The position numbers were made by a program, and so were the translations under genes. From the NCBI GenBank assembly GCA_964553675.1, contig CAZKLG010000001.1, forward strand, positions 3,590 through 67,589: a stretch of DNA of 64,000 nucleotides, written 5' to 3'. The DNA comes from an uncultured Mageeibacillus sp. GTDB lineage: Bacteria; Bacillota; Clostridia; Saccharofermentanales; DTU023. Below, piece after piece: positions 27,040 to 35,579 of the stretch. Numbering within the stretch: position 1 is the first letter of the stretch; the number at the start of each line of letters is the position of its first letter. A model generated the notes under the pieces. That model made no database searches, was not told the origin of the DNA, and was given only the letters and a program-made list of their open reading frames with translations.

Positions 27040-27636
27040 GTGAAAATAAAAGACAGCAATCATCAAGAAGGACTCTTTCGACTGCCCCTGGTCGGCCCTC
27101 GCTTATCCTTGCATCCCTTGGAAGCGGCCGACATGGACAGGATGGCTCCCTTTTTTGCCCGGACTGAAGCCCTTTACTATTATCTGCCTGACACCCTCCT
27201 GCCCAGGAATGCCAGACAGGTCCAGATCATGATGGAGGACTGGAACGACGGCAGGGAGAATTTTGTCTTCAGCTGCCGCCTCCAGGATGAGACTATAGGC
27301 CTTTTGACCCTGTCAGCCCTGGACCCCATCTCGGGTCACGCCGAGCTTGGCATCATGATCGCCCGGGAGGAAGCCCGGGGAAAAGGCTATGCGGCCGAGG
27401 CCTTGGGCCTGATCATGGATTACGCCTTTGGTGAACTTCGTCTCCACCGTCTCTATGTCCGCGTGGCCCCCGATAACCTGCCCTCCCTCAAACTGTTCCA
27501 GGGCCTGGGCTTTGTCCAGGAGGGACGGATACGGGAAACGGTCAGGCGGGGCCATGCTTATATGGATCTCCTGCTATTGGGTCTTTTGGAAGATGAGTAT
27601 CGCAGCATGGTGGAAGAGCCGGCTTCCAAGGCATGA
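27040..27636 (+). CDS. GNAT-family N-acetyltransferase (RimJ/RimL-like)
   Basis: GIMIAREEARGKGYAAEALGLIMDYAFGELRLHRLYVRVAPDNLPSLKLFQGLGFVQEG carries the acetyl-CoA motif A. Start moved to GTG 27040, with AAGGAG 7 nt upstream. Confidence 0.82.
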   Translation: MKIKDSNHQEGLFRLPLVGPRLSLHPLEAADMDRMAPFFARTEALYYYLPDTLLPRNARQVQIMMEDWNDGRENFVFSCRLQDETIGLLTLSALDPISGHAELGIMIAREEARGKGYAAEALGLIMDYAFGELRLHRLYVRVAPDNLPSLKLFQGLGFVQEGRIRETVRRGHAYMDLLLLGLLEDEYRSMVEEPASKA

Positions 27637-27684
27637 TAAAATTATCATTCGACTTAAAGGTCAAGGAGTGAAATTTAAAAGAGG

Positions 27685-29130
27685 ATGATTCGATCGACAC
27701 TGACAGCCCATTTAGCCGATGCGGACAGAAGGGGACTGACCCTCCAGGTCAATGACCGGGATATCGGTGTTCTGGCCAGCCAGGAGCAACGCCACTATGT
27801 CATGTCAGGCAATCGCCGGGTCCAGCTGATTGCGGGTCTGGCCACTGATCCGGAGGATCCGGCATCGGTCCTGTCCACCCGGGCGCTCCTGCGCCACTGG
27901 CTGGTGTCTTTTCGGGAACTCCAGATTAACGGACTCTCCCGTTTCCCTCTGATTGCCGAACGCAACCGCCTGGATGCGGATTTTCTCCTCCTTATGGACG
28001 CTGAACGGGTCACGATTTGGACGGATCCCCCTTATGCCGTCTACTTGCACCGGGGACATCATCTTTATCGCCAGCAGCCCACCTATCCGCCCGGCCATCC
28101 TTCGCTCATGGCCTTCAACCGCATGGACTTCTATGCTTTCCGCCCCAGGGAGGGGGACGATCTCCTGATCATTGATCCGGCTTTCATCGACCTTTTTGAG
28201 GCCCAGGACCTGGAAGACCTCCTGGCCGATATCCACCAGATCAATGTGGCCATGACTGAATTGACCCGACTGGCCACCTCATACGGCCGTGATGTCGACA
28301 CCTCATGGTTCTCTGCCCAGATTCAGAAACTGGAAAAGGATCTGGAAATGTTCAGTGCCGAATCCAGGGAACGATTTGCCGGCAGGCGGGGCTCGGAGCG
28401 GGATCCCATTCCCTGGCAGAATCAGCTGACCCTTTCTAAGGTGGTTCCCCTCCTGGACGGCAATGTCCGGATTGATCCGCCTGGCTATCAAGGTCAGGGC
28501 CAGGGACGCCTGGCTCCGCCGGCGGCCAAGAAACAGCCCAAACCCCCTCAATTTACCTCGGTCTGGCAGGACAGCCAGGAAGAGAGGCGGAGGATGCCTC
28601 TTCAGGGGGAAGACAGGGTCCGCCGGGAGAGAAAGCCCATGCCCGATCCCTATCAGACCAGGGGGGGCTTCCTTGACCGGGTCAAACACTGGAATACGGA
28701 CGGGATAAAAAGACGACTGGCAGGCTGGCACCACCGCCTGACCCATCTGGTGCCGGGTTCCCGGGGCTTGTCCCTTCTGACCTACCTGGCTATCTGGTTG
28801 GTCATCCTGGTCATCTTTGTCACCCTCTTTGTCTCTGTCAAAGGCAAGAGGGGGCAAAAAGAGACGGAACCCGACCGGCCTAAGGTGACCAGCCCTTCCG
28901 AAACGGAGACGCCTAAAACAGATTTTGAAATTGATATTGTCGTCAAGGCCAACAGCCTGAGGGTGCTGGCTGAGCCTGAAGGCGAAGAACTGGTGGGGAC
29001 GGTGACCCGTGGAGACCGCCTGGTCCAGTTGACCCATGCAGAGGACGGCTGGGTCCTGGTCCGCCTCCTGGACGGCCGGACCGGCTATGTGCCCGAGGCC
29101 CTCCTTCTGGCCTCTGAAAATGGTGATTAA
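27685..29130 (+). CDS. Single-pass membrane protein: unknown cytoplasmic domain + TM + extracellular SH3b-like domain
   Basis: 481 aa. One TM helix (LSLLTYLAIWLVILVIFVTLFVSV). The C-terminus ANSLRVLAEPEGEELVGTVTRGDRLVQLTHAEDGWVLVRLLDGRTGYVPEALL is a bacterial SH3 pattern. The N-terminal region faintly parallels the PP2C-like gene at 10042..11073. Confidence 0.5.
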   Translation: MIRSTLTAHLADADRRGLTLQVNDRDIGVLASQEQRHYVMSGNRRVQLIAGLATDPEDPASVLSTRALLRHWLVSFRELQINGLSRFPLIAERNRLDADFLLLMDAERVTIWTDPPYAVYLHRGHHLYRQQPTYPPGHPSLMAFNRMDFYAFRPREGDDLLIIDPAFIDLFEAQDLEDLLADIHQINVAMTELTRLATSYGRDVDTSWFSAQIQKLEKDLEMFSAESRERFAGRRGSERDPIPWQNQLTLSKVVPLLDGNVRIDPPGYQGQGQGRLAPPAAKKQPKPPQFTSVWQDSQEERRRMPLQGEDRVRRERKPMPDPYQTRGGFLDRVKHWNTDGIKRRLAGWHHRLTHLVPGSRGLSLLTYLAIWLVILVIFVTLFVSVKGKRGQKETEPDRPKVTSPSETETPKTDFEIDIVVKANSLRVLAEPEGEELVGTVTRGDRLVQLTHAEDGWVLVRLLDGRTGYVPEALLLASENGD

Positions 29131-29135
29131 AGGAT

Positions 29136-29164
29136 TTGTCAAATCCCTGGGCCTGTTGTATTAT
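29136..29164 (+). promoter_or_regulatory. Sigma-A-type promoter of the tRNA Gly-Arg cluster
   Basis: TTGTCA, 17 nt spacer, TATTAT, about 21 nt upstream of tRNA-Gly. Confidence 0.55.
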
Positions 29165-29185
29165 GACTTGGGTTTCCGGACACAG

Positions 29186-29259
29186 GCGGGTGTAGTTTAG
29201 TGGTAGAACATCAGCCTTCCAAGCTGATCGTGAGAGTTCGATTCTCTTCACCCGCTCCA
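29186..29259 (+). tRNA. tRNA-Gly (anticodon TCC), CCA encoded
   Basis: Acceptor GCGGGTG/CACCCGC, anticodon loop CTTCCAA, T-loop TTCGATT, 74 nt. Confidence 0.94.
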
Positions 29260-29268
29260 ATTTTCCGG

Positions 29269-29345
29269 AAACCGACACGGGCATATAGCTCAGCTGGATA
29301 GAGCAACAGCCTTCTAAGCTGTGGGTCGCAGGTTCGAGTCCTGCT
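29269..29345 (+). tRNA. tRNA-Arg (anticodon TCT), CCA encoded
   Basis: Acceptor GGGCATA/TATGCTC, anticodon loop CTTCTAA, T-loop TTCGAGT, 77 nt. Confidence 0.94.
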
Positions 29346-29353
29346 ATGCTCAC

Positions 29354-29396
29354 CAGGCCGCAGCCATCTGCCGGGTTTTTATCGAAAATCCGCAGA
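29354..29396 (+). terminator. Probable terminator after the tRNA Gly-Arg cluster
   Basis: CCATCTGC, 20-nt loop, GCAGATGG, then TTTTTT. The large loop lowers confidence. Confidence 0.5.
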
Positions 29397-29468
29397 TGGT
29401 TTTTTATTGTGACCCCTGGCTTGACGATGATTTCAATACGTGTGAGAATCGACCTGAAGGGAGCTATT

Positions 29469-31445
29469 ATGAGCCAAGCTTACGATAACACCAGCATTTC
29501 ACAGCTCAAGGGTCCGGACCGGGTCAGGCTGCGTCCTGGTGTCATTTTTGGTTCCGACGACTTGCGGGGCTGCCAGCAATCCTTCTTTGAGATCCTGTCA
29601 AACTCAATCGACGAGGCCCGCGAAGGTCACGGCCATGTCATCACTGTCACACGTTTTCCCGACCATTCCATCGAGGTCATTGACCGGGGCCGGGGGATCC
29701 CTCTGGACTACAATCCCCTGGAAAAACGCTACAACTGGGAACTGGTTTACTGCGAGCTCTACGCAGGCGGTAAATACAAGACCAATCTGGGCGAAAACTA
29801 TGAATACAGCCTGGGTCTCAATGGTCTGGGTGCCTGTGCCACCCAATATGCCTCCCAGTGGTTTGATGTCCAGGTCACCCGGGACGGTTTTCTTTATGAG
29901 CTGCATTTTGAGAAGGGTCACAATATCGGTGGCCTGAAAAAGACAGAGGTCAAGGGCGGGGCCACGGGGACCATCCAGCGCTGGATGCCTGACCGGGAGG
30001 TTTTTACCGATATTGCCATCCCGGCAGACTATTTCCAGGAGACCCTGAAACAGCAGGCAGTTGTCAACAAGGGGGTGACCTTTGAGTTTATTGACAAGCT
30101 GGAGGGAAGAGAGACCACTTACTACTATCCTGAGGGCATCAAGGGCATGGTTCGGGAGCTCAATGTGGAAGGGATCACAGAGGCTGTCTTCTTCTCGGGC
30201 GAGGGCCAGGGCCGCGACCGCCAGGACAGGCAGGACTATACGGTCAAATCCGATGTGGCCTTTGCCTTCAACAACCATGTCCGGGACATCCGTTACTACC
30301 ACAACTCCTCCTGGCTGGAATATGGAGGATCGCCTGACCGGGCCGTCCGTTCGGCTTTTGTGTCAGCTTTTGACAATTTCCTGAAAAATGAGGGCAAGTA
30401 CAAGGCCAATGAGGCCCGGATCAACTTCGGAGACATCGAAGAGAGCCTGATCCTGCTGACCTCCTCTTTTTCCACGGTCACCAGCTATGAAAACCAGACC
30501 AAACGGTCCATCAATAACCGCTTCATCCAGCGCTTCATGACCGACCTGATCCGGTCCAAGCTGGATATCTGGTTTATCGAATTCCGTGACCAGGCCCTGA
30601 GGGCCGCCGACCAGGTCCTCCTTAACCGCCGCAGCCGCGAAAAGGCTGAGAAAACCCGTCTTTCGGTCAAACGTGACCTCATGCAGCAGATTGATGTCTC
30701 CAACCGGGTCAAGCTTTTTGTGGACTGCCGGAGCCAGGACCTGGAAAAACGGGAACTTTATATCGTGGAGGGCAATTCGGCCCTGGGCTCGGTCAAAATG
30801 GGCCGGGACGCAGAATTCCAAGCCGTTATCCCGGTTCGGGGCAAGATCCTCAACTGCCTCAAGGCCGATTACAATACCATCTTCAAGAACGATATCATCA
30901 TGGATCTGATCAAGATCCTGGGTTGCGGGGTGGATATCCCCAAAAAATTCAGCAAGGACTTGCCGGCCTTTGACATCGAGCGTTTGCGATGGAACAAGGT
31001 CATTATCTGTACTGACGCGGACGTGGATGGCTTTCAGATCCGGACCCTGATCCTGGCCATGTTTTACCGGTTGACGCCCGAGCTCATCCGGCAAAACAAG
31101 ATATTCATTGCCGAATCCCCCCTCTATGAGATCAGTCACCGGACCAGGAAACTGGAATCTACCTACTTTGCCTATTCCGACCAGCAAAAGAATGACATTC
31201 TGGCAGACCTTGGAGATGGCAAGGTCCATGTCCAAAGGTCCAAGGGCCTGGGTGAGAATGAGCCCGGCATGATGTGGACGACCACCATGAACCCCGAGAC
31301 CCGGCGCCTGATCGCCGTCATGCCTGAGGAGGAAGAGCGTATGCGCGCCACTTTTGACCTGCTCCTGGGCGATGACATCCCCGGTCGCCGGCGCTGTATC
31401 GAGAAGAGGGGACACCTCTATATGGACATGCTGGATGTCGTCTAA
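29469..31445 (+). CDS. Type IIA DNA topoisomerase subunit B (ParE-like, Clostridia-type)
   Basis: SISQLKGPDRVRLRPGVIFGSDD...EILSNSIDEAREGHG (GHKL ATPase), a TOPRIM EGNSALGS motif and ICTDADVDGFQIRTL. Start moved to ATG 29469, because the track start 29346 runs through tRNA-Arg and its terminator. Confidence 0.85.
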   Translation: MSQAYDNTSISQLKGPDRVRLRPGVIFGSDDLRGCQQSFFEILSNSIDEAREGHGHVITVTRFPDHSIEVIDRGRGIPLDYNPLEKRYNWELVYCELYAGGKYKTNLGENYEYSLGLNGLGACATQYASQWFDVQVTRDGFLYELHFEKGHNIGGLKKTEVKGGATGTIQRWMPDREVFTDIAIPADYFQETLKQQAVVNKGVTFEFIDKLEGRETTYYYPEGIKGMVRELNVEGITEAVFFSGEGQGRDRQDRQDYTVKSDVAFAFNNHVRDIRYYHNSSWLEYGGSPDRAVRSAFVSAFDNFLKNEGKYKANEARINFGDIEESLILLTSSFSTVTSYENQTKRSINNRFIQRFMTDLIRSKLDIWFIEFRDQALRAADQVLLNRRSREKAEKTRLSVKRDLMQQIDVSNRVKLFVDCRSQDLEKRELYIVEGNSALGSVKMGRDAEFQAVIPVRGKILNCLKADYNTIFKNDIIMDLIKILGCGVDIPKKFSKDLPAFDIERLRWNKVIICTDADVDGFQIRTLILAMFYRLTPELIRQNKIFIAESPLYEISHRTRKLESTYFAYSDQQKNDILADLGDGKVHVQRSKGLGENEPGMMWTTTMNPETRRLIAVMPEEEERMRATFDLLLGDDIPGRRRCIEKRGHLYMDMLDVV

Positions 31446-31481
31446 GGACATCAGCTATCAGGACAAGGACAGGAAGAGCCC

Positions 31482-33692
31482 GTGACAAAAAAGGACGACG
31501 GCATCAAGGCCATTGAGAAAAATATTTCGGATACCCTTTTTGAGAACTACATGCCCTATGCCATGAGCGTCATCATATCCCGGGCCATCCCGGAAATTGA
31601 TGGCTTCAAGCCGGCCCACCGGAAACTCCTCTATACCATGTATAAAATGAATCTTCTGGGTGGGGCCAGGGCCAAGTCAGCCGATATCGTCGGCCAGACC
31701 ATGAAACTCAATCCCCACGGCGACCAGACCATCTATGAAACCATGGTCCGTTTGACCCGGGGCAACGGCTCCCTCCTCCATCCCTGGATTGACTCCAAGG
31801 GTAATTTCGGCAGCGTTTCCTCCCGGGATATGCAATATGCCGCCTCCCGCTATACCGAGGCCAGGCTGGATCCTTCCTGCGAGACCCTCTTTGGCGGTCT
31901 GGACAAGGATGCGGTTGATTTTGTCGACAACTACTCGGGGACCATGAAGGAGCCCCTCCTTTTCCCGGCTGTTTTCCCTACCATCCTGGTCAATAACAAC
32001 CAGGGCATTGCCGTTGGCATGGCCAGCAATATCTGTTCCTTCAACCTCAAGGAGGTCTGTGATACCACCATCGCCCTGATCCGGGATCCCCAGGCGGATC
32101 TTTTGGAGACCCTGCCTGCGCCCGACTTTTCCACGGGGGCCTATCTGGTCTATGAGCCTGATGACATGCGGGCTATTTATGAGACGGGGAGAGGGTCTTT
32201 TCAGCTTCGGGGCACGGCCGATGTCAACCGCAAGGAGAGACGGATCGAAATCCGGGAGATTCCCTATACCACCACGGTGGAAGCCATCATTGATGACATC
32301 GCCGATGGCATCAAGAAGGGGCGCTTGAGGGACATCATCACAGCCAGGGATGAAACCGACCTGGGCGGTCTTTGCATCTCGGTCGACTACAAGCCCTCGG
32401 CAGATCCTGACGTGGTCCTTCACCAGCTTTTCACGGCTACCTCCCTGCAAAGCAGTTTCTCCTGTAACTTCAATATCTTGATTGACAATAAACCCCGGGT
32501 CATGGGGGTCAGGGAAATCCTGGCCCAATGGTTGGAATGGCGAAGTGGCTGTATCCGACGGGAGGCCCTATTCGAAGCGGACAAGAAACGGGCATCCCTC
32601 CACCTGCTCAGGGGCCTGGAAAAAATCCTCCTGGATATCGATAAGGCCATTGCGGTCATCCGGCTGACCGAAACTGAAAAAGAGGTGGTCCCCCGACTCA
32701 TGTCGGCCTTTGATATTGATGAAATACAGGCTGAACATGTGGCTGAGATCCGGCTCCGGCAACTGAACCGCGAGTATATCCTCAAACGGGTGCGGGAGAT
32801 TGAGAGTCTTGAGGAGTCCATTGAGGGCCTGGAGCGTCTGGTCAAGAGCCGGGCCAAAATCAGGGAAAAGATTGTCAGCCAGCTCAAGGATGTAGGTAAA
32901 CGTTACGGCCGTGAACGCAAGACCCGGCTGATCGCCCCGGAAGAGATCGAAGTGCCCGAAGAAGAGGAATTGATCCCGGCCTACAACACCCGGATCTTCC
33001 TGTCAGAGGAAGGCTATGTCAAAAAGATTCCTGCCACCTCCTTGAGGGGGAATTTCGAAATCCGGGTCAAGGAGGGTGACCGCCTGATCCAGGAGCTGGA
33101 TTCCAGCAACCACTCGGAACTTCTCTTCTTTACTGACAAGGCACAAGTTTACAAGCTCATGGCTTGGGAGATCGAGGACCATCGGCCCTCACTCCTGGGT
33201 GAATACACCCCCAATCTCCTGGATCTGGATGAAGGGGAGAGGGTCCTCTTTGTCCATTCAGCCCTGGAACCCTTTGAAGGTGAATTCCTCCTGGTCTTTG
33301 AAAACGGCAAGGGGGTCCGCCTGGATGTCTCCCATTACGAGACCAAACAAAGACGCAAAAAGCTTATCAAGGCCTACGATGATTCCTCGCCCTTGGTCGG
33401 CATGGCCTATTTGCCGCCTGACAGTGATCCGGCCTTTGCCGTCCGCTCAAAGAAGAATAAACTCCTCTACTTCCAGTCTTCCCAGATCGTCAAGAAGGTC
33501 ACCCGGTCTGCCCAGGGTGCCGCTATTTTAAGAGCCAAAAATGACCAGTTGACCAAGCTCTACCATGAGGAAGAGCTGACCTTCATCAAGGACATCAGCT
33601 ATTACCGGGTGGCCAAACTGCCCACGGCTGGTCGTTACATCCGGGAGGAGAGTCTTGAGGAAAGACAGCTTGAGCTGGACGGGACCTCTTAG
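31482..33692 (+). CDS. Type IIA DNA topoisomerase subunit A (ParC-like, Clostridia-type)
   Basis: SVIISRAIPEIDGFKPAHRKLLYTM and MQYAASRYTEARL (catalytic Tyr region), with a beta-pinwheel-like C-terminus. GTG start. Confidence 0.85.
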   Translation: MTKKDDGIKAIEKNISDTLFENYMPYAMSVIISRAIPEIDGFKPAHRKLLYTMYKMNLLGGARAKSADIVGQTMKLNPHGDQTIYETMVRLTRGNGSLLHPWIDSKGNFGSVSSRDMQYAASRYTEARLDPSCETLFGGLDKDAVDFVDNYSGTMKEPLLFPAVFPTILVNNNQGIAVGMASNICSFNLKEVCDTTIALIRDPQADLLETLPAPDFSTGAYLVYEPDDMRAIYETGRGSFQLRGTADVNRKERRIEIREIPYTTTVEAIIDDIADGIKKGRLRDIITARDETDLGGLCISVDYKPSADPDVVLHQLFTATSLQSSFSCNFNILIDNKPRVMGVREILAQWLEWRSGCIRREALFEADKKRASLHLLRGLEKILLDIDKAIAVIRLTETEKEVVPRLMSAFDIDEIQAEHVAEIRLRQLNREYILKRVREIESLEESIEGLERLVKSRAKIREKIVSQLKDVGKRYGRERKTRLIAPEEIEVPEEEELIPAYNTRIFLSEEGYVKKIPATSLRGNFEIRVKEGDRLIQELDSSNHSELLFFTDKAQVYKLMAWEIEDHRPSLLGEYTPNLLDLDEGERVLFVHSALEPFEGEFLLVFENGKGVRLDVSHYETKQRRKKLIKAYDDSSPLVGMAYLPPDSDPAFAVRSKKNKLLYFQSSQIVKKVTRSAQGAAILRAKNDQLTKLYHEEELTFIKDISYYRVAKLPTAGRYIREESLEERQLELDGTS

Positions 33693-33695
33693 ACC

Positions 33696-35579
33696 ATGAA
33701 TTCGCCCCTGCTGGAGACATCTTCAAAAAAAAGCCGCTGGCCCCGGCAGCTGGTCCGGGTCCTTCTGGTCCTTCTCCTGGTCGGGGGGCTTATAACCGCC
33801 TTTTTCCTGATCCGCCAGGAAAGTCTGCCTTACGATTTGAAAGATTATCAAAAGGCAGTGGAGGCCGGGGACCATGACAAGGTCCTGGTCATCTACCATG
33901 CCCTCAGATCCAAAAGGGCGGCACTGGCGGATGCAGAGCCCTCGGAGCGGATCCAGGCCCTGGAGGCTGCCGCTGACCAGTTGATTGACCGGATGGAGCG
34001 GGATGCAGGCAGGAAGAGCCAGGACCTGATTGCCTCCCTGACAGAGGGGGCCAGCCTGACAGAGGCTGATCTTGACTGGATGGAAGACTATGCTGCCATG
34101 GCGGGCCACTACATGACCCAGGCCCTCTCCCATCAATTGGGGCGTTATCTGGACCATGAATTTGACCAGGCCAGCTTTATCCATTTTGCCGGTCAATTGA
34201 CCCGGCTTCCCTATCTGGCCCGTGACAGCCAGGCCCTGGTCCAGGAAGCGGACTTGCTGGAGGCAGTCAAAGAAGGCTTGAAAGAGGCCAATGAGGCCCG
34301 GGACAGGGGAGCCCTCTACGAGGAAAGTAAGATTCTGACCCAGATCATGGCGGCCTGGGATCTCAGTCGTCTGGAGCCTGCCCGCCTCTACCTGGAAGAT
34401 CGCCTGAGCCTGGCCTGGGAGGGCTACTATCAGGAAGAGATAGCGGTCATCCGTCAGGAAATGGCCCGGGATAAGACCTATGACGCGGCCGTCCGGATCA
34501 AGCGCCTCCTGGCCTGGTTCCAGGATGACCAGGAGCTTTTGGCCTTTTATGACATCTGCCAGGCGAAAAATCCCGACAAGGTGGTCACCTGGTGGGATCC
34601 TGTCGAGCATCTGGCCATCAAGCCCCTGATCGCGGACAGCCAAAGGGCCTTTGACGGAGACAAGTACCAGGCCGCGGCCGACAGGGACCTGCTTTTGACC
34701 GGTGAATTTGAAAAGATACTCTTTGAACTCTATGACCGGGACTATGTCCTGGTTGACAGCCGGGCCTTTGTCAGCCCGGAAGGCAGGCTTCAGGGAATCG
34801 TCTGTCCCCAGGGGAAAAAGCCTCTGGTCCTGGTTTTGGAAGATTATTACGCCTCCTTGCCCCGGGCTGAAAGTGGCATAGCCTGGCGTTTACAGCTTAA
34901 TGAAGATGACCGGATCGAGGGGGTCTTGCTGGACGCGGATGGCAGTGAGCGGGCAGATCCTTCTTTTACGGCCCTGGGTATCCTGGAAGCTTTTCTCGAA
35001 AGTCATCCGGATTTCTCCTTTAACGGTGCCCGCGGGGTCATCGCCCTGGTCGGGCAATATGGCATCCTGGGCTATCCGGTGGCAGATGTCCAGGAGCTGA
35101 CCCTCAGGCGGGATGCCCGGGATTCAGGCCTGGATCCCGACCTGATCCCCAGGGCTGATTTTGCCTATAACCGTCAGGTCCTGGACCGTCTGCTCCAGGC
35201 CCTGCAAGCCAGGAACTGGACCCTGGCCTCGGGCAGCTACGCCCGACTTTCCCTGCCCTTTTCTTCCCTGGCCCTGATCGACCAGGATATCGCCATGACA
35301 GCCCAATGGATGGAGCATTACACGGGTAAGCTGGAGGGTCTTTACTGTCCTTTCGGGGATCATCTGGAGTCAGACCCGGTCAAGACTGCCCGCTATACCC
35401 AGGCAGGTTACAGCCTGCAATCGGGCTACGGGGCCTGGGCCTACTGGCAGGAAGGGGATGGCTATGCCTATGTCTCCCGGACTTATGTGTCCGGTGCCGG
35501 CCTGCGCCAGCCCTGGGTCAATCATCTGGACCGCTTCTTTGATGCAGCCAGGGTCCTGGACCGTCAGTCCAGACCCTGA
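33696..35579 (+). CDS. Membrane-anchored hypothetical protein (627 aa)
   Basis: N-terminal TM helix (VRVLLVLLLVGGLITAFFLI) and a large extracytoplasmic part without motifs I can name. The start lies 4 nt after the preceding stop. Confidence 0.45.
   Translation: MNSPLLETSSKKSRWPRQLVRVLLVLLLVGGLITAFFLIRQESLPYDLKDYQKAVEAGDHDKVLVIYHALRSKRAALADAEPSERIQALEAAADQLIDRMERDAGRKSQDLIASLTEGASLTEADLDWMEDYAAMAGHYMTQALSHQLGRYLDHEFDQASFIHFAGQLTRLPYLARDSQALVQEADLLEAVKEGLKEANEARDRGALYEESKILTQIMAAWDLSRLEPARLYLEDRLSLAWEGYYQEEIAVIRQEMARDKTYDAAVRIKRLLAWFQDDQELLAFYDICQAKNPDKVVTWWDPVEHLAIKPLIADSQRAFDGDKYQAAADRDLLLTGEFEKILFELYDRDYVLVDSRAFVSPEGRLQGIVCPQGKKPLVLVLEDYYASLPRAESGIAWRLQLNEDDRIEGVLLDADGSERADPSFTALGILEAFLESHPDFSFNGARGVIALVGQYGILGYPVADVQELTLRRDARDSGLDPDLIPRADFAYNRQVLDRLLQALQARNWTLASGSYARLSLPFSSLALIDQDIAMTAQWMEHYTGKLEGLYCPFGDHLESDPVKTARYTQAGYSLQSGYGAWAYWQEGDGYAYVSRTYVSGAGLRQPWVNHLDRFFDAARVLDRQSRP

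Noticed and set aside
29346-29468. A 41-codon N-terminal extension of the topoisomerase B ORF as listed in the track (start 29346).
   Set aside because: The extension begins immediately after tRNA-Arg (29269..29345) and runs through its terminator hairpin. The conserved protein begins at ATG 29469 (MSQAYDNTSISQLKG) and has its own ribosome-binding site.
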